Shown: positions 1 through 9,692, numbered from the stretch's first letter. The stretch is 64,000 nucleotides of DNA from an uncultured Dialister sp. (GCA_900545365.1 UQYL01000003.1:41829-105828), one strand, 5' to 3'. Notes: generated by a model from the letters alone, not told the origin. A program made the numbers and translations.

Positions 1-2
1 GC

Positions 3-242
3 GCGGCCTATGAGCGCTGGGAGGGCGGTCTTGTCATGGCGAGCACCCATGAGGAATCGCGGCTCATCCGGCTGGGAAAGCCCTTTCTGGCCTGTCCCAT
101 AGCGTACCCCTCGGCGAATCATCTTTTCTTGTCTGATTTGCCTTTCTGCGGTGTCCGCGGCGCGGAATATCTGTACGAACGGCTCTGGAATGTGAAACTT
201 GCGGAAACGATGCGGCCGTTTCGGCATGGCCGGAGGGAATGA
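3..242 (+). CDS. 3' end of an unidentified protein-coding gene entering from the left edge (partial)
   Basis: Frame 3 is open from the window edge to TGA 240-242 and is followed by a hairpin plus T-run. No family recognised from the 79 C-terminal residues. Confidence 0.4.
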   Translation, partial: AAYERWEGGLVMASTHEESRLIRLGKPFLACPIAYPSANHLFLSDLPFCGVRGAEYLYERLWNVKLAETMRPFRHGRRE

Positions 243-257
243 CGGCCCGGCCGGCAG

Positions 258-293
258 GGAGCGCCCGTCCCTTTGCGGGCGGGGGCTTTTTTA
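258..293 (+). terminator. Rho-independent terminator
   Basis: Stem CGCCCG (262-267) / CGGGCG (276-281), then a T6 run at 287-292. Confidence 0.6.
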
Positions 294-430
294 TTGTCGG
301 CGTTCCGCCGGAGGCGGCGAAATATTTCCGCAAGCCGGGAGACGGCGGGCAGGTGGATTTTTTTGATGGTTCATCATACAATAGCGGAAGAGAAAAATTT
401 GTTCAGTGTATAAGGAGAGCGGCGGCAGTG

Positions 431-1327
431 ATGAAAAAGGAATGGGCAGCGGAGAAACAGAAGAGCGGACGCCGTATGATTCTGGGTGCGGCCGCGGCGG
501 TCGGTTCCTGTCTGGCCTGCACGTTTGCGGATATGTTTATCAAATGGCTGCCTGCGGTCAGCTCGGGAGAGCTGACTTTTTTCCGCGGCGTTTTCGGCGT
601 GCTGTTTCTCCTCGGCTGGAGTCTGAAGACAAAGGAGCGGATCATCGGCGGCGGACATAAGACGCTGCTCTGCCTGCGCGGGCTGCTGGGCGGCCTCGGT
701 CTGTACTTTTTTATTTTGTCCGTGCAGAGGCTGACGCTGGGAGACTGCCAGATCCTGGCGCAGCTGTCCGCGTTTTTCATGTGCCTGCTTTCGCCGATTT
801 TTCTGAAAGAAAAACTGCCAAGAAAAGCGGTGCCGGGACTTTTTGCCATCGCGGCGGGGACGCTGTGTGTGCTCCAGGTCTGGAATTTCAGCAGCTTTAA
901 TGTGTATTCCCTGTACGGGCTGCTGGGCGCGTTTTTTTCCGCGGCGGCGTATGTGGTCATCGGGAAACTGGCGGAAAAGGGAATGATGGGCAGCCGGGAG
1001 ATCGTTCTGTATTTCCAGATGTTCTGCATTTTTCTCGGGTGGCTGCTCATGGACGGAGAATTTTCCATGCCTTCCGGGACGGAGTGGCTGTGGATCGCGG
1101 GGATGAGCTTTTTCGCGCTGGTCTCCCAGGTGCTGGTCACGTGGGCCTTCCAGCACATGAATTCGGTCGTCGTATCGTTTCTTCTCTATTTTGAACTGCT
1201 GTTTCATATCTTTTTCGGATGGGCCGTATGGGATGAAATCCTCTCCCTCTCGTCTGTTGCGGGCGGCCTGATGATCATGGCCGGATCGGCGCTGCTGATT
1301 CTCCATCCCCGAAAAATGGAGGCATAA
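431..1327 (+). CDS. EamA/DMT-family transporter
   Basis: ATG 431 follows AAGGAGAG (412-419). Polytopic hydrophobic protein with two EamA-like halves. The ORF-track start at 239 overlaps the upstream terminator and was rejected. Confidence 0.8.
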   Translation: MKKEWAAEKQKSGRRMILGAAAAVGSCLACTFADMFIKWLPAVSSGELTFFRGVFGVLFLLGWSLKTKERIIGGGHKTLLCLRGLLGGLGLYFFILSVQRLTLGDCQILAQLSAFFMCLLSPIFLKEKLPRKAVPGLFAIAAGTLCVLQVWNFSSFNVYSLYGLLGAFFSAAAYVVIGKLAEKGMMGSREIVLYFQMFCIFLGWLLMDGEFSMPSGTEWLWIAGMSFFALVSQVLVTWAFQHMNSVVVSFLLYFELLFHIFFGWAVWDEILSLSSVAGGLMIMAGSALLILHPRKMEA

Positions 1328-1330
1328 TCG

Positions 1331-3067
1331 ATGGACATGATCCGGGTGCTGATGCACTATTATAAAAATTACCGGCTCCTGCTGGCGGGTGTGATCGCGG
1401 GGACATTTGCGTTTTCCGCGCTGGATCTTTTATTCCCGGTCGTCGTGCGGGATATCATCGGCCGGGTGCTTCCGTCCGGCGAGATGGACGCGCTGCTGAT
1501 GGAGACGGCGCTCCTTCTTTTCCTGTACGCGGCGGGATTCGCCGTGCAGTACGGGGTCTCTTATTACGGGCACGTCATGAGCGCCGGGATTGAGCATGAT
1601 ATGCGCCGCGACGCGTTCGCCCACATCGAGGGCCTGTCGTTTTCTTATTTTGATAATGAGAAGACGGGGAATCTGCTGTCCAGGATCACGGGAGATATCA
1701 CGGAGATCAGCGATCTGTCCTTCCGGGGGCCCAATGATGTGCTGATCTGCTTCGTGACCATGGCGGGGACTCTGGCGATCATGCTGGCCATGAATTGGCA
1801 GCTGGCGCTGCTCATTGGCGCGCTGCTGCTCTTAAAGACGGTGCAGACGTTCCGGACAAATCGGAAAATGAAGCGCGCTTTCCGCAGAAATCGGGAAAAA
1901 ATGGGGGAAGTCAGCGCGCGGGTAGAGGAGAGCATTTCCGGCGTCCGTCTGACGAAGGCCTTTGCCCGCGAGCCTTATGAGCTGGAGCGGTTCAGCGAAA
2001 AAAGCGACGAGCTCCGTCAGACGCGGTGCGCCTCTTATCGGCTGGTTGCCCTTTTTACGGCGGGGATCAATTTTTTCACGAACTTTATCAATGCCGCTGT
2101 CCTTCTGGCGGGGGGAATCATGATCTCGGCGGGGAGTCTGTCTTTCTCCGACTTTGTGGCATTCCTGCTGTATGTGAATATTTTCATGAAACCGGTTTTC
2201 CGCCTGACGATCCTTGCGGAAGTCTATCAGCGGGGCATGGCCGGACTGGGACGCTTTCGGGAGATCATGGACATCAGGCCGGAGATCAACGATCCGCCGG
2301 AGCCGAAGCGGCTGGGAAACGGGAAGTCAGATATCGTCTTCGATCATGTGACGTTCGGTTATCTGCCGGAGCACCGGGTCCTGGAGGACGTGAGCTTTAC
2401 CATTGAAGCGGGGAAGACCACCGCTTTTGTCGGGGAGACCGGCGCGGGGAAAAGCACGGTGGCGAGCCTGCTCCTCCGTTTCTATGATCCGCAGGAAGGA
2501 CGCATTCTCATCGGCGGGACGGATATCCGGGACTGCCCGCAGCGGGAACTGCGGGAAAAGATCGGCATCGTGCAGCAGGATATTTTCCTCTTTTCCGATT
2601 CCGCGGCGGATAATATCGGCTATGGGAAAAGCGGCGCTTCGCGGGAAGAGATCGAGAGAGCGGCCCGCATGGCGGCGGCGGATGAATTCATCCGTGAGCT
2701 CCCGGAAGGGTACGACACCCTTGTGGGCGAGCGGGGCGTCAAGCTGTCGGGCGGACAGAAACAGCGCATCGCCATTGCCCGGGTGTTTCTGAAAGACCCG
2801 TCTATCGTGATCTGGGACGAGGCGACATCGGCGCTGGATACGGAGACGGAGAAACAGATCCAGGCGGCGTTTGACACGCTCTTGCGGAACCGGACGGCTG
2901 TCGTCATCGCGCACCGCCTGTCGACAGTGAGAAACGCGGACCGCATCATCGTCCTCGGGCAGGGACACATTCTGGAAGACGGCACCCATGCGGAATTGAT
3001 GAAGAAAAAAGGAAAATATTACCAGCTCTGTCTCGCGCAGGAGAAATCGGGGAACGGGGGAAGCTGA
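1331..3067 (+). CDS. ABC exporter, fused permease/ATP-binding protein (MsbA/multidrug type)
   Basis: N-terminal transmembrane domain plus NBD with Walker A GETGAGKST, signature LSGGQKQR and Walker B IVIWDEATSALD. Confidence 0.9.
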   Translation: MDMIRVLMHYYKNYRLLLAGVIAGTFAFSALDLLFPVVVRDIIGRVLPSGEMDALLMETALLLFLYAAGFAVQYGVSYYGHVMSAGIEHDMRRDAFAHIEGLSFSYFDNEKTGNLLSRITGDITEISDLSFRGPNDVLICFVTMAGTLAIMLAMNWQLALLIGALLLLKTVQTFRTNRKMKRAFRRNREKMGEVSARVEESISGVRLTKAFAREPYELERFSEKSDELRQTRCASYRLVALFTAGINFFTNFINAAVLLAGGIMISAGSLSFSDFVAFLLYVNIFMKPVFRLTILAEVYQRGMAGLGRFREIMDIRPEINDPPEPKRLGNGKSDIVFDHVTFGYLPEHRVLEDVSFTIEAGKTTAFVGETGAGKSTVASLLLRFYDPQEGRILIGGTDIRDCPQRELREKIGIVQQDIFLFSDSAADNIGYGKSGASREEIERAARMAAADEFIRELPEGYDTLVGERGVKLSGGQKQRIAIARVFLKDPSIVIWDEATSALDTETEKQIQAAFDTLLRNRTAVVIAHRLSTVRNADRIIVLGQGHILEDGTHAELMKKKGKYYQLCLAQEKSGNGGS

Positions 3068-3074
3068 ATCCGTC

Positions 3075-3103
3075 TTGACAAAATTTCTCTTTTCTTCTAT
3101 AGT
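3075..3103 (+). promoter_or_regulatory. SigA-type promoter of the thrS leader
   Basis: TTGACA (3075-3080), 17-nt spacer, TATAGT (3098-3103). Confidence 0.6.
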
Positions 3104-3109
3104 AAGCAC

Positions 3110-3337
3110 AATAAATGCAGTGACAGAGACATGATGACAGGAAGGTTTTCTGAAGAGAGTCCGTGGCCGGTGAGAACGGATGGAGGCGTCCCGTCGTTAC
3201 CCCTCCGGAGCAGGACTGCGGAAGCACAGTATGCGGTCCCGGATGGCTTCGTTAACGGCCGATGAGTGATTCTGAGGAATCAATTTGGGTGGAACCACGG
3301 AAGACAGCTTTCGTCCCTTGCGGACGGGAGCTTTTTT
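3110..3337 (+). promoter_or_regulatory. T-box riboswitch leader (threonine) with terminator
   Basis: AGAGAG and GGTGAGA stem-I elements. T-box core AATTTGGGTGGAACCACGG at 3282-3300. Terminator hairpin plus T6 at 3306-3337. Candidate ACC specifier at 3199-3201 is not verified. Confidence 0.8.
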
Positions 3338-3392
3338 GTTTGGGAGATGAGGACGTCCCAGGTCCGCCATTTCCCGGGAAAGGAAGATACAA

Positions 3393-5300
3393 ATGGTCAA
3401 GATCTTTTTGAAAGACGGAAAAGAACTCGATTTTGAAAAGGAAGTGCCGCTTTTTGAAGCTGTGAAGAGCATTTCCAACAGTCTGGCGAAAAACGCTGTG
3501 GCGGCCAGTGTGGACGGAGAACTGAAGGATCTGCGCGATCCCGTCAAGGACGGCGCGCATGTGGAATTTTTCACGAAGGAAGATAAGGAAGGCCTTTTCA
3601 CGCTGCGCCATACCTGCTCTCATGTGCTGGCGCAGGCGCTGGCGCATCTGTATCCGGGGATCAAATTTGCCATCGGACCGGCGATCGATACGGGCTTCTA
3701 CTATGATGTAGACAGCGACCATGTATTCAGCCAGGATGACTTCGACGCCATTGAAAAGGAAATGGCGAAGATCATCAAGGAAAATCTCCCGCTGGAAAAG
3801 AAAGTGGTATCCCGGGAAGAAGCGCTGGCGTATTTCAAGGAGAATCACCAGGACTACAAGGTCATGCTGATCGAAGACCTGCCGGAAGATGCGGAGATCT
3901 CCCTCTATACGCAGGGCGATTTCACCGATCTCTGCGCGGGCCCGCACGTCCGCTCGACCGGCAAGATCAAGGCGTTCAAGCTCATGACCGTAGCGGGCGC
4001 GTACTGGCGCGGCGACGAGCACAATAAAATGCTGCAGCGCATCTACGGCACCGCTTTCTACAGCAAAGAAGAACTGGAACATTTCCTCTTCGTCCGCGCG
4101 GAAGCGGAAAAGCGGGACCACAGAAAGCTCGGCAAGCAGCTCGATCTCTTCAGCTTCCATGAAGAGGGCCCGGGCTTCCCGTTCTTCCATCCGAAGGGCA
4201 TGATCCTCCGCAATCTGCTGATGGAATATGAAAGAGAACTGTTCAAAAAATATGACTATGAAGAGATCATGACGCCGGTCATTCTCTCCAAGAAGCTCTG
4301 GCTCCAGTCCGGTCACTGGGATCACTACAGAGAAAATATGTACTTCACCCAGATCGACGGAGAAGATTACGCGGTCAAGCCGATGAACTGCCCCGGCGGA
4401 ATCCTGTATTTCAAGACGAAACAGAGAAGCTATAAGGAACTGCCGAAGAGAGTCGGCGAATTCGGACTCGTCCACCGCCACGAACTGCACGGCGCGCTGC
4501 ACGGTCTCTTCCGCGTTCGCTGCTTCACACAGGATGACGCGCACATCTTCATGACGCCGGAACAGATGGAGAAGGAAGTCATCGGCACGCTCCACATGTA
4601 TCAGGATCTGTACAGCGTATTCGGCCTGCAGTATCATGTGGAACTCTCCACCCGTCCGGAAAACTCCATGGGCTCCGACGAGTTGTGGGATATTTCCACC
4701 AATGCTCTCCGCAACGCCATCGAACATGCCGGTGTACCGTATGTGATCAATGAAGGAGACGGCGCATTCTATGGGCCGAAACTGGATTTCCATATCGAAG
4801 ATTCACTGGGACGCACCTGGCAGTGCGGCACGATCCAGATGGATATGCAGCTGCCGGAACGGTTCGACGTCAATTACATCGGCGAAGACGGCGAGAAGCA
4901 CCGCGCCGTCATGATCCACCGCGCGGGCTACGGCAGCCTGGAACGCTTCCTCGGCATCCTGATCGAACATTTCGCAGGCGCGTTCCCCGTGTGGTTCGCT
5001 CCGGTGCAGGTCAAAGTCATCCCGGTGGCGCAGAAACATTTGGAATACGCGAAAGATGTGGCGGACACGCTGGCTGAATCGAATATCCGTGTGGAACTGG
5101 AAGACGCCAATGAAACACTGGGATACAAGATCAGAAAAGCGCAGACGGAAAAGGTGCCGTACATGCTGATCATCGGCGATAAGGAAGTGAAAGGCCGCAC
5201 CGTTTCCGTGAGAAGCCGCAGAGACGGCGACGAAGGCAGCCAGATCCTGCCGATCTTCATCGCCCGCCTGATCAATGAGATCAAAGAACGGAGCTTATAA
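3393..5300 (+). CDS. thrS: Threonine--tRNA ligase
   Basis: 635 aa with ThrRS domain order (TGS, editing, class II core, anticodon-binding). Preceded by the T-box and the RBS AAAGGAAG. Confidence 0.97.
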   Translation: MVKIFLKDGKELDFEKEVPLFEAVKSISNSLAKNAVAASVDGELKDLRDPVKDGAHVEFFTKEDKEGLFTLRHTCSHVLAQALAHLYPGIKFAIGPAIDTGFYYDVDSDHVFSQDDFDAIEKEMAKIIKENLPLEKKVVSREEALAYFKENHQDYKVMLIEDLPEDAEISLYTQGDFTDLCAGPHVRSTGKIKAFKLMTVAGAYWRGDEHNKMLQRIYGTAFYSKEELEHFLFVRAEAEKRDHRKLGKQLDLFSFHEEGPGFPFFHPKGMILRNLLMEYERELFKKYDYEEIMTPVILSKKLWLQSGHWDHYRENMYFTQIDGEDYAVKPMNCPGGILYFKTKQRSYKELPKRVGEFGLVHRHELHGALHGLFRVRCFTQDDAHIFMTPEQMEKEVIGTLHMYQDLYSVFGLQYHVELSTRPENSMGSDELWDISTNALRNAIEHAGVPYVINEGDGAFYGPKLDFHIEDSLGRTWQCGTIQMDMQLPERFDVNYIGEDGEKHRAVMIHRAGYGSLERFLGILIEHFAGAFPVWFAPVQVKVIPVAQKHLEYAKDVADTLAESNIRVELEDANETLGYKIRKAQTEKVPYMLIIGDKEVKGRTVSVRSRRDGDEGSQILPIFIARLINEIKERSL

Positions 5301-5734
5301 TGATGCGGGAACTGCAGAGCGCCGACGTGGGCCGCGCCGCGCTCCGGATGGCGCTGTCGGAAACGCGGGCCGATGAGACGGTGCTCCGCGAAAAACTGGC
5401 GCAGGAGGGAATACGGGCCGTGGCCGTCAATTTCGGAGGCCGGTTTCCCGATATCCTCCCGAAGATTTTTGAATCGGCCATCGTGGCGGCGCAGCGGCAG
5501 GGCGTCATCTCCGACACGCACGTAGGCGACGGCGCCGTGCTCGGCGCGGTGGAATCCGCCATCGAGCAGATCAAACTGAAAGCGCTGGGCATGAATGTGG
5601 GCGGAAAGATCGGCATCGCCCGCTGGAACGAGCACCTCTGCGTAGCGATCTATGTGGGCGTCGGCGTGCTCCGCTTCAACGAAGTGGCGGTGGGCATGGC
5701 GCACCGGGCGCTGCGAAACGATCTGGGGGAATAA
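5300..5734 (+). CDS. HutP-family (RNA-binding regulator-like) protein
   Basis: 144 aa. ATG overlaps the thrS stop (TAATG). Segments AIVAAQRQGVISD and IGIARWNEHLCVAIYVGVGV resemble B. subtilis HutP from memory. Not verified by search. Confidence 0.5.
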   Translation: MMRELQSADVGRAALRMALSETRADETVLREKLAQEGIRAVAVNFGGRFPDILPKIFESAIVAAQRQGVISDTHVGDGAVLGAVESAIEQIKLKALGMNVGGKIGIARWNEHLCVAIYVGVGVLRFNEVAVGMAHRALRNDLGE

Positions 5735-5769
5735 ACACGGAGATTTCTTCGGGAAATGCGGGAATTTTC

Positions 5770-5798
5770 TTGACAAACAGAGAGAAGACCGATACAAT
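5770..5798 (+). promoter_or_regulatory. SigA-type promoter of the infC-rpmI-rplT operon
   Basis: TTGACA (5770-5775), 17-nt spacer, TACAAT (5793-5798). Confidence 0.65.
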
Positions 5799-5908
5799 AT
5801 CATACGTATCTATTGCAAGAAGAAGTCATCCGCTTCTCACCTTACAAGGCTCGCGCTACTAAGGTCACGTATGAATTCAGGGCGGACGGCTGCGGCTGTC
5901 CGCTTTTT
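5799..5908 (+). promoter_or_regulatory. Ribosomal-protein L20 leader-like attenuator
   Basis: Untranslated leader ending in a 9-bp stem (5882-5890 / 5895-5903) plus T5, just upstream of infC. Position matches the Firmicutes L20 leader. Confidence 0.5.
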
Positions 5909-5942
5909 CCTTGCAATGAAGACTTTTTCGGAGGTGAAAACA

Positions 5943-6452
5943 ATAAGTAAGGAACTCAGTATCAATGAAGAGATTCGTGCCCGCGAGGTTCGGGTCGTCA
6001 GCGATACAAACGAACAGTTGGGGATCATGGCTCTTCGGGATGCAATTCATCTGGCAGAAGAAAAAGGGCTCGACCTCGTAGAGGTGGCGCCGAACGGCAA
6101 GCCCCCGGTGTGCCGCATCATGAACTACGGCAAGTACAGATATGAACAGCAGAAACGGGACAAGGAAGCCAAGAAAAAGCAGAAGGTCTTCCAGATCAAA
6201 GAAGTCAAGCTTCGCCCGAATATTGAAGATCATGATTTCTTTGTAAAGCTGAAGCATGCGCAGCGTTTCCTCGCCGAAGGGAATAAAGTCAAGGTGACCA
6301 TTATGTTCCGCGGCAGAGAAATGACCCATCCTGAGCTCGGGAAAGACGTCCTTGACCGTGTGGCAAAAGAACTCGGGGATACGATTGTTCGCGAAAAACC
6401 GCCGAAAATGGAAGGCCGCAATATGACGATGGTCATTGCGCCGAAAGCTTGA
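5943..6452 (+). CDS. infC: Translation initiation factor IF-3
   Basis: IF-3 N- and C-domains present. GGAGGTG (5931-5937) lies 5 nt before in-frame ATA 5943. The upstream in-frame ATG 5916 lacks an SD. Confidence 0.88.
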   Translation: MSKELSINEEIRAREVRVVSDTNEQLGIMALRDAIHLAEEKGLDLVEVAPNGKPPVCRIMNYGKYRYEQQKRDKEAKKKQKVFQIKEVKLRPNIEDHDFFVKLKHAQRFLAEGNKVKVTIMFRGREMTHPELGKDVLDRVAKELGDTIVREKPPKMEGRNMTMVIAPKA

Positions 6453-6470
6453 TAAAAGGAGAGATTGATT

Positions 6471-6668
6471 ATGCCGAAAATGAAAACCCGCCGCGCAGCG
6501 GCAAAGCGCTTTACTGAAACCGGCTCCGGCCAGTTCAAGAGAAACAAAGCATTCCACAGCCACATTCTTGAAAAGAAGTCTCCGAAGAGAAAGAGAAATT
6601 TCAGAAAAGCAGCAATGATTTCCAAATCTGATTACAAGCGCGTAGTAAGAATGCTGCCGAACGGCTGA
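6471..6668 (+). CDS. rpmI: 50S ribosomal protein L35
   Basis: [14 protein letters not shown] is a typical L35 N-terminus. RBS AAAGGAGAG upstream. Confidence 0.95.
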   Translation: MPKMKTRRAAAKRFTETGSGQFKRNKAFHSHILEKKSPKRKRNFRKAAMISKSDYKRVVRMLPNG

Positions 6669-6686
6669 TAAAGGAGGATTTTAAGA

Positions 6687-7037
6687 ATGGCAAGAGTAAA
6701 AAGCGGACTCACCAATCACGCAAGACATAAAAAGATTCTGAAACTGGCAAAGGGTTACAGAGGCGCCCGTCATTCCCAGTTCCGCAAAGCCAATGAACTG
6801 GTCATGAAGGCTCTCTACTATGCAAGAAGAGACCGCAGAGCGAAGAAGAGAGAATTCCGTAAGCTTTGGATCATCCGTATCAATGCGGCAGCCCGTCAGA
6901 ACGGCCTGACTTACAGCAGACTGATCGCAGGACTGAACAAGGCAGGCATCGAAGTGAACCGCAAGATGCTTTCTGAACTGGCGATCCATGATCCGGCAGC
7001 TTTCACCAAGCTGGCTGAAGCGGCAAAGAATGCATAA
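6687..7037 (+). CDS. rplT: 50S ribosomal protein L20
   Basis: [26 protein letters not shown] is canonical L20. Confidence 0.97.
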   Translation: MARVKSGLTNHARHKKILKLAKGYRGARHSQFRKANELVMKALYYARRDRRAKKREFRKLWIIRINAAARQNGLTYSRLIAGLNKAGIEVNRKMLSELAIHDPAAFTKLAEAAKNA

Positions 7038-7043
7038 TGAAAG

Positions 7044-7074
7044 AAAAGATGTGCTCATGGGGCACATCTTTTTG
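7044..7074 (+). terminator. Rho-independent terminator of rplT
   Basis: Stem AGATGTGC (7047-7054) / GCACATCT (7062-7069), followed by TTTT. Confidence 0.8.
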
Positions 7075-7081
7075 CGTGGAC

Positions 7082-7528
7082 ATGATGGATATAAAGAAAG
7101 GAAGCGCAGAGAAGATCGGCCAGTGGCTCGCTCTCGTGGAGAAGGAAAAAGATGGATTCCCTGGTCTGGAAACGGAAGAAGGGCTGCGGCAGTTCAGGGA
7201 CAGCGTCCTTGCGCACATGGAGCGCGGCGCGGCTCTGGAAGCGCGCGAAGCGGGGCGGCTCGCGGGCGTGCTGCTGTTTGACCGGGAAGGACGGACGCTG
7301 GATTTCCTTGCGGTGGAAAGGGAGCACCGCAGGAAGGGGATCGGCAGGGCTCTCTGCCTGAAAGCGCTGGAAGAAATGCCGGAGGGGGATATTGCGGTGA
7401 TCACCCATCCGCCGGAAGCGGAAAGAGGACATGCGGCCCGGGCGTTTTATCGGTCGCTCGATTTTGAAGAAGAGGAGCGGATAGAAATTTTCGGCGCGCC
7501 CGCGCAGGTCTTCTGGCTGCGGCGGTAA
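7082..7528 (+). CDS. GNAT-family N-acetyltransferase
   Basis: Acetyl-CoA motif A is present: VEREHRRKGIGRAL. Start moved to ATG 7082 because the ORF-track start at 7037 spans the rplT terminator. No clear SD. Confidence 0.7.
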   Translation: MMDIKKGSAEKIGQWLALVEKEKDGFPGLETEEGLRQFRDSVLAHMERGAALEAREAGRLAGVLLFDREGRTLDFLAVEREHRRKGIGRALCLKALEEMPEGDIAVITHPPEAERGHAARAFYRSLDFEEEERIEIFGAPAQVFWLRR

Positions 7529-7539
7529 ATCGGAACAGC

Positions 7540-7571
7540 AAAAAAGGACAGTTTCAAGCTGTCCTTTTTTA
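7540..7571. terminator. Bidirectional terminator between convergent genes
   Basis: AAAAAGGACAG (7541-7551) / CTGTCCTTTTT (7559-7569). Confidence 0.8.
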
Positions 7572-7576
7572 TTGAT

Positions 7577-8518
7577 TTAGCAGATGATGTTTTTCTGACG
7601 CCCTTCCGCCCAGGCGCGGATATTGTCAAAAACGATGCCCGCGCGCCGTTCCATGGCTTCCTTGCTGAAGAAACCGATGTGCGGCGTCAGGATGCAGTGA
7701 GGGGCGGAGAGGAGCGGATGGTCGGCCGGAAGCGGCGGCTCCGTGTCGTAGACGTCGATGCCGGCCCCGGCGATGCGTTCTTCCCGGAGAGCCTCTGCCA
7801 GGGATTCCGCATCGAGCACGGGGCCTCTGGCCGTATTGATGAGGATGGCCGTCTTTTTCATCAGGGCGATTTCCTTTTTCCCGATGATCCCCTTTGTTTC
7901 CGATGTGAGGGGAAGATGGATGGAAATGATGTCGCTCGTCCGGAGGACGGTCTCCAGATCGGCGTAATGAATGGCTTCATCTTTCGGCGTGCGGTTGTAG
8001 CCCCAGACGTCGCAGCCGAAGGCCCGCGCGAGTTCTGCCGTGCGCTGCCCGATCGCGCCGGTGCCGATGATGCCGAAGCGCTTGCCCGCCAGTTCTCCGC
8101 CGAGAAATGCGCTGCCGGAACCGCCGCTGCGGGTGGCTCTTTCCGCGTCGGGAATTTCACGGAGCAGAGAGACAGCCATGCCGAAAACGAGTTCCGCTAC
8201 CGCTTCCGTGGAATACCCGGCACAGTTGGATACGGCGATGCCGTGTTCCCGGCAGTAGTCGATATCGGCGTGATCCACCCCTGTAAAGGCGATGCAGAGG
8301 TATTTGAGCGCCTCTGCGCAGGACAGCGCTTCTTCGCGGCAGGGATAATTGGTGATGACAGCAGCGTCGGCGGATGCGAGGCGGCGGCCCAGCTCCTGCT
8401 GATCCTGCGGACGGTCATGGAAGATCTCCACGTCCCACCCTTCTCCGCGGAGAGGAGAGGAAAGCGTTTCCAGCAATTCGCCGGAAACGGCGAGCGGTTC
8501 GGCAATGACTAATTTCAT
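7577..8518 (-). CDS. D-isomer-specific 2-hydroxyacid dehydrogenase family protein
   Basis: 313 aa. NAD-binding motif GIIGTGAIGQRTAELARAFG. ATG 8518 follows AAAGGAGCC. The longer ORF-track N-terminus was rejected. Confidence 0.85.
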   Translation of the reverse strand: MKLVIAEPLAVSGELLETLSSPLRGEGWDVEIFHDRPQDQQELGRRLASADAAVITNYPCREEALSCAEALKYLCIAFTGVDHADIDYCREHGIAVSNCAGYSTEAVAELVFGMAVSLLREIPDAERATRSGGSGSAFLGGELAGKRFGIIGTGAIGQRTAELARAFGCDVWGYNRTPKDEAIHYADLETVLRTSDIISIHLPLTSETKGIIGKKEIALMKKTAILINTARGPVLDAESLAEALREERIAGAGIDVYDTEPPLPADHPLLSAPHCILTPHIGFFSKEAMERRAGIVFDNIRAWAEGRQKNIIC

Positions 8519-8541
8519 GATGGCTCCTTTCAGATAAAAAA

Positions 8542-9444
8542 TCAGAATGTATGGCTTCTTCTGCGGGAGCAGAAGGAAGAAAACGATAAGAGCGCCCGGC
8601 TCGGCAGCTGCGACCAGAATACGCCCGCCGTCATGCAGAGCACGCCGACGAATTCCCGAGACGTCATGGTCTCGCCGAGAATGAAGACGCCGCCCAGTCC
8701 GCCGAAGACCATTTCCAGGCTGAGGAGCATGGAGCATTCGGTCGGCGGCAGGTGTTTCTGACCGATGATCTGCAGCGTATAGGCCGCGCCAGTCGATAAA
8801 AGGCCCGTGTACAGGATCGGCTGCCATGCGGCGAGCAGCGCCTCCGGGCGGATGGTTTCAAACAGAAGCGCTCCCGCCAGATTGATTATGGCGCAGACGA
8901 GAAACTGCCCGGCCGCGATTTCGACGGGATCGTACCGGACGGACGCGTAATCGAGGTACAGAATGTGCGCGGAGAAGCAGAATGCGCAGAGAAATACGAG
9001 AAGATCGCCAGTGCCGACGGTCAGGGCTTCCGTGACGGACAGAAAATAGACGCCCGCCATGGCGAGCGCCGCGCCGATGACATGATTCACGCGGAGGACA
9101 TTTCCCAGGAAAAGTCCGAAGAGCGGCACCATGAGAATGTATGTGGCGGTGATAAAGCTGGCTTTGGATGCCGTCGTATAAAGAATGCCGCACTGCTGGA
9201 GGATCGTGCCGGCGGAAAAAATAAGGCCCGCAAAGAGGATGCCCAGCCACCGGGGGAAAGCCGCTTTGACAGGCGGCGCTTCGCGGCGGCTCAGCAGGAG
9301 CACCGGCAGCAGCGAGACCGCGCCGAGCAGGGAGCGGGCGGCGTTGAAGGTGAGCGGCCCGATGTCATTCATGGCGACGGACTGCGCCACGAACGCAAAG
9401 CCCCAGATCATCGCGGTGAGTATGAGAAGAAGACGATATTTCAT
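8542..9444 (-). CDS. EamA/DMT-family transporter
   Basis: 300 aa, 10-TM-type hydrophobic profile, N-terminus LTAMIWGFAFVAQ typical of EamA. Confidence 0.85.
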   Translation of the reverse strand: MKYRLLLILTAMIWGFAFVAQSVAMNDIGPLTFNAARSLLGAVSLLPVLLLSRREAPPVKAAFPRWLGILFAGLIFSAGTILQQCGILYTTASKASFITATYILMVPLFGLFLGNVLRVNHVIGAALAMAGVYFLSVTEALTVGTGDLLVFLCAFCFSAHILYLDYASVRYDPVEIAAGQFLVCAIINLAGALLFETIRPEALLAAWQPILYTGLLSTGAAYTLQIIGQKHLPPTECSMLLSLEMVFGGLGGVFILGETMTSREFVGVLCMTAGVFWSQLPSRALLSFSSFCSRRRSHTF

Positions 9445-9577
9445 CAGTTAAAATTCCGAGCCTGCTCTCCGTGTGGAGCGGCTCGCTCCATTTCATCAAT
9501 ATTTCCTGACCTATTATATATTTACGCGTATTTTTTGTCGATTCACAGACAGATTCCTGCGGACGGAAGAATACGCC

Positions 9578-9606
9578 TTGCGCTTTTCCTGTCCGGCAGG
9601 TATAAT
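9578..9606 (+). promoter_or_regulatory. Candidate SigA promoter of rpsO
   Basis: TTGCGC (9578-9583), 17-nt spacer, TATAAT (9601-9606). About 85-nt leader before rpsO. Confidence 0.55.
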
Positions 9607-9692
9607 ACACTCGTTGTGAACTGTGTCTTAGTTTTTCGAGACTCCGACGAATTACTCAGATACGGCAATTTTCCATACAGGAGGAGAATATT

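Noticed and set aside
7037-7081. Longer N-terminus ([15 protein letters not shown]) for the GNAT protein
   Set aside because: These codons coincide with the rplT terminator hairpin, so the start was moved to ATG 7082.
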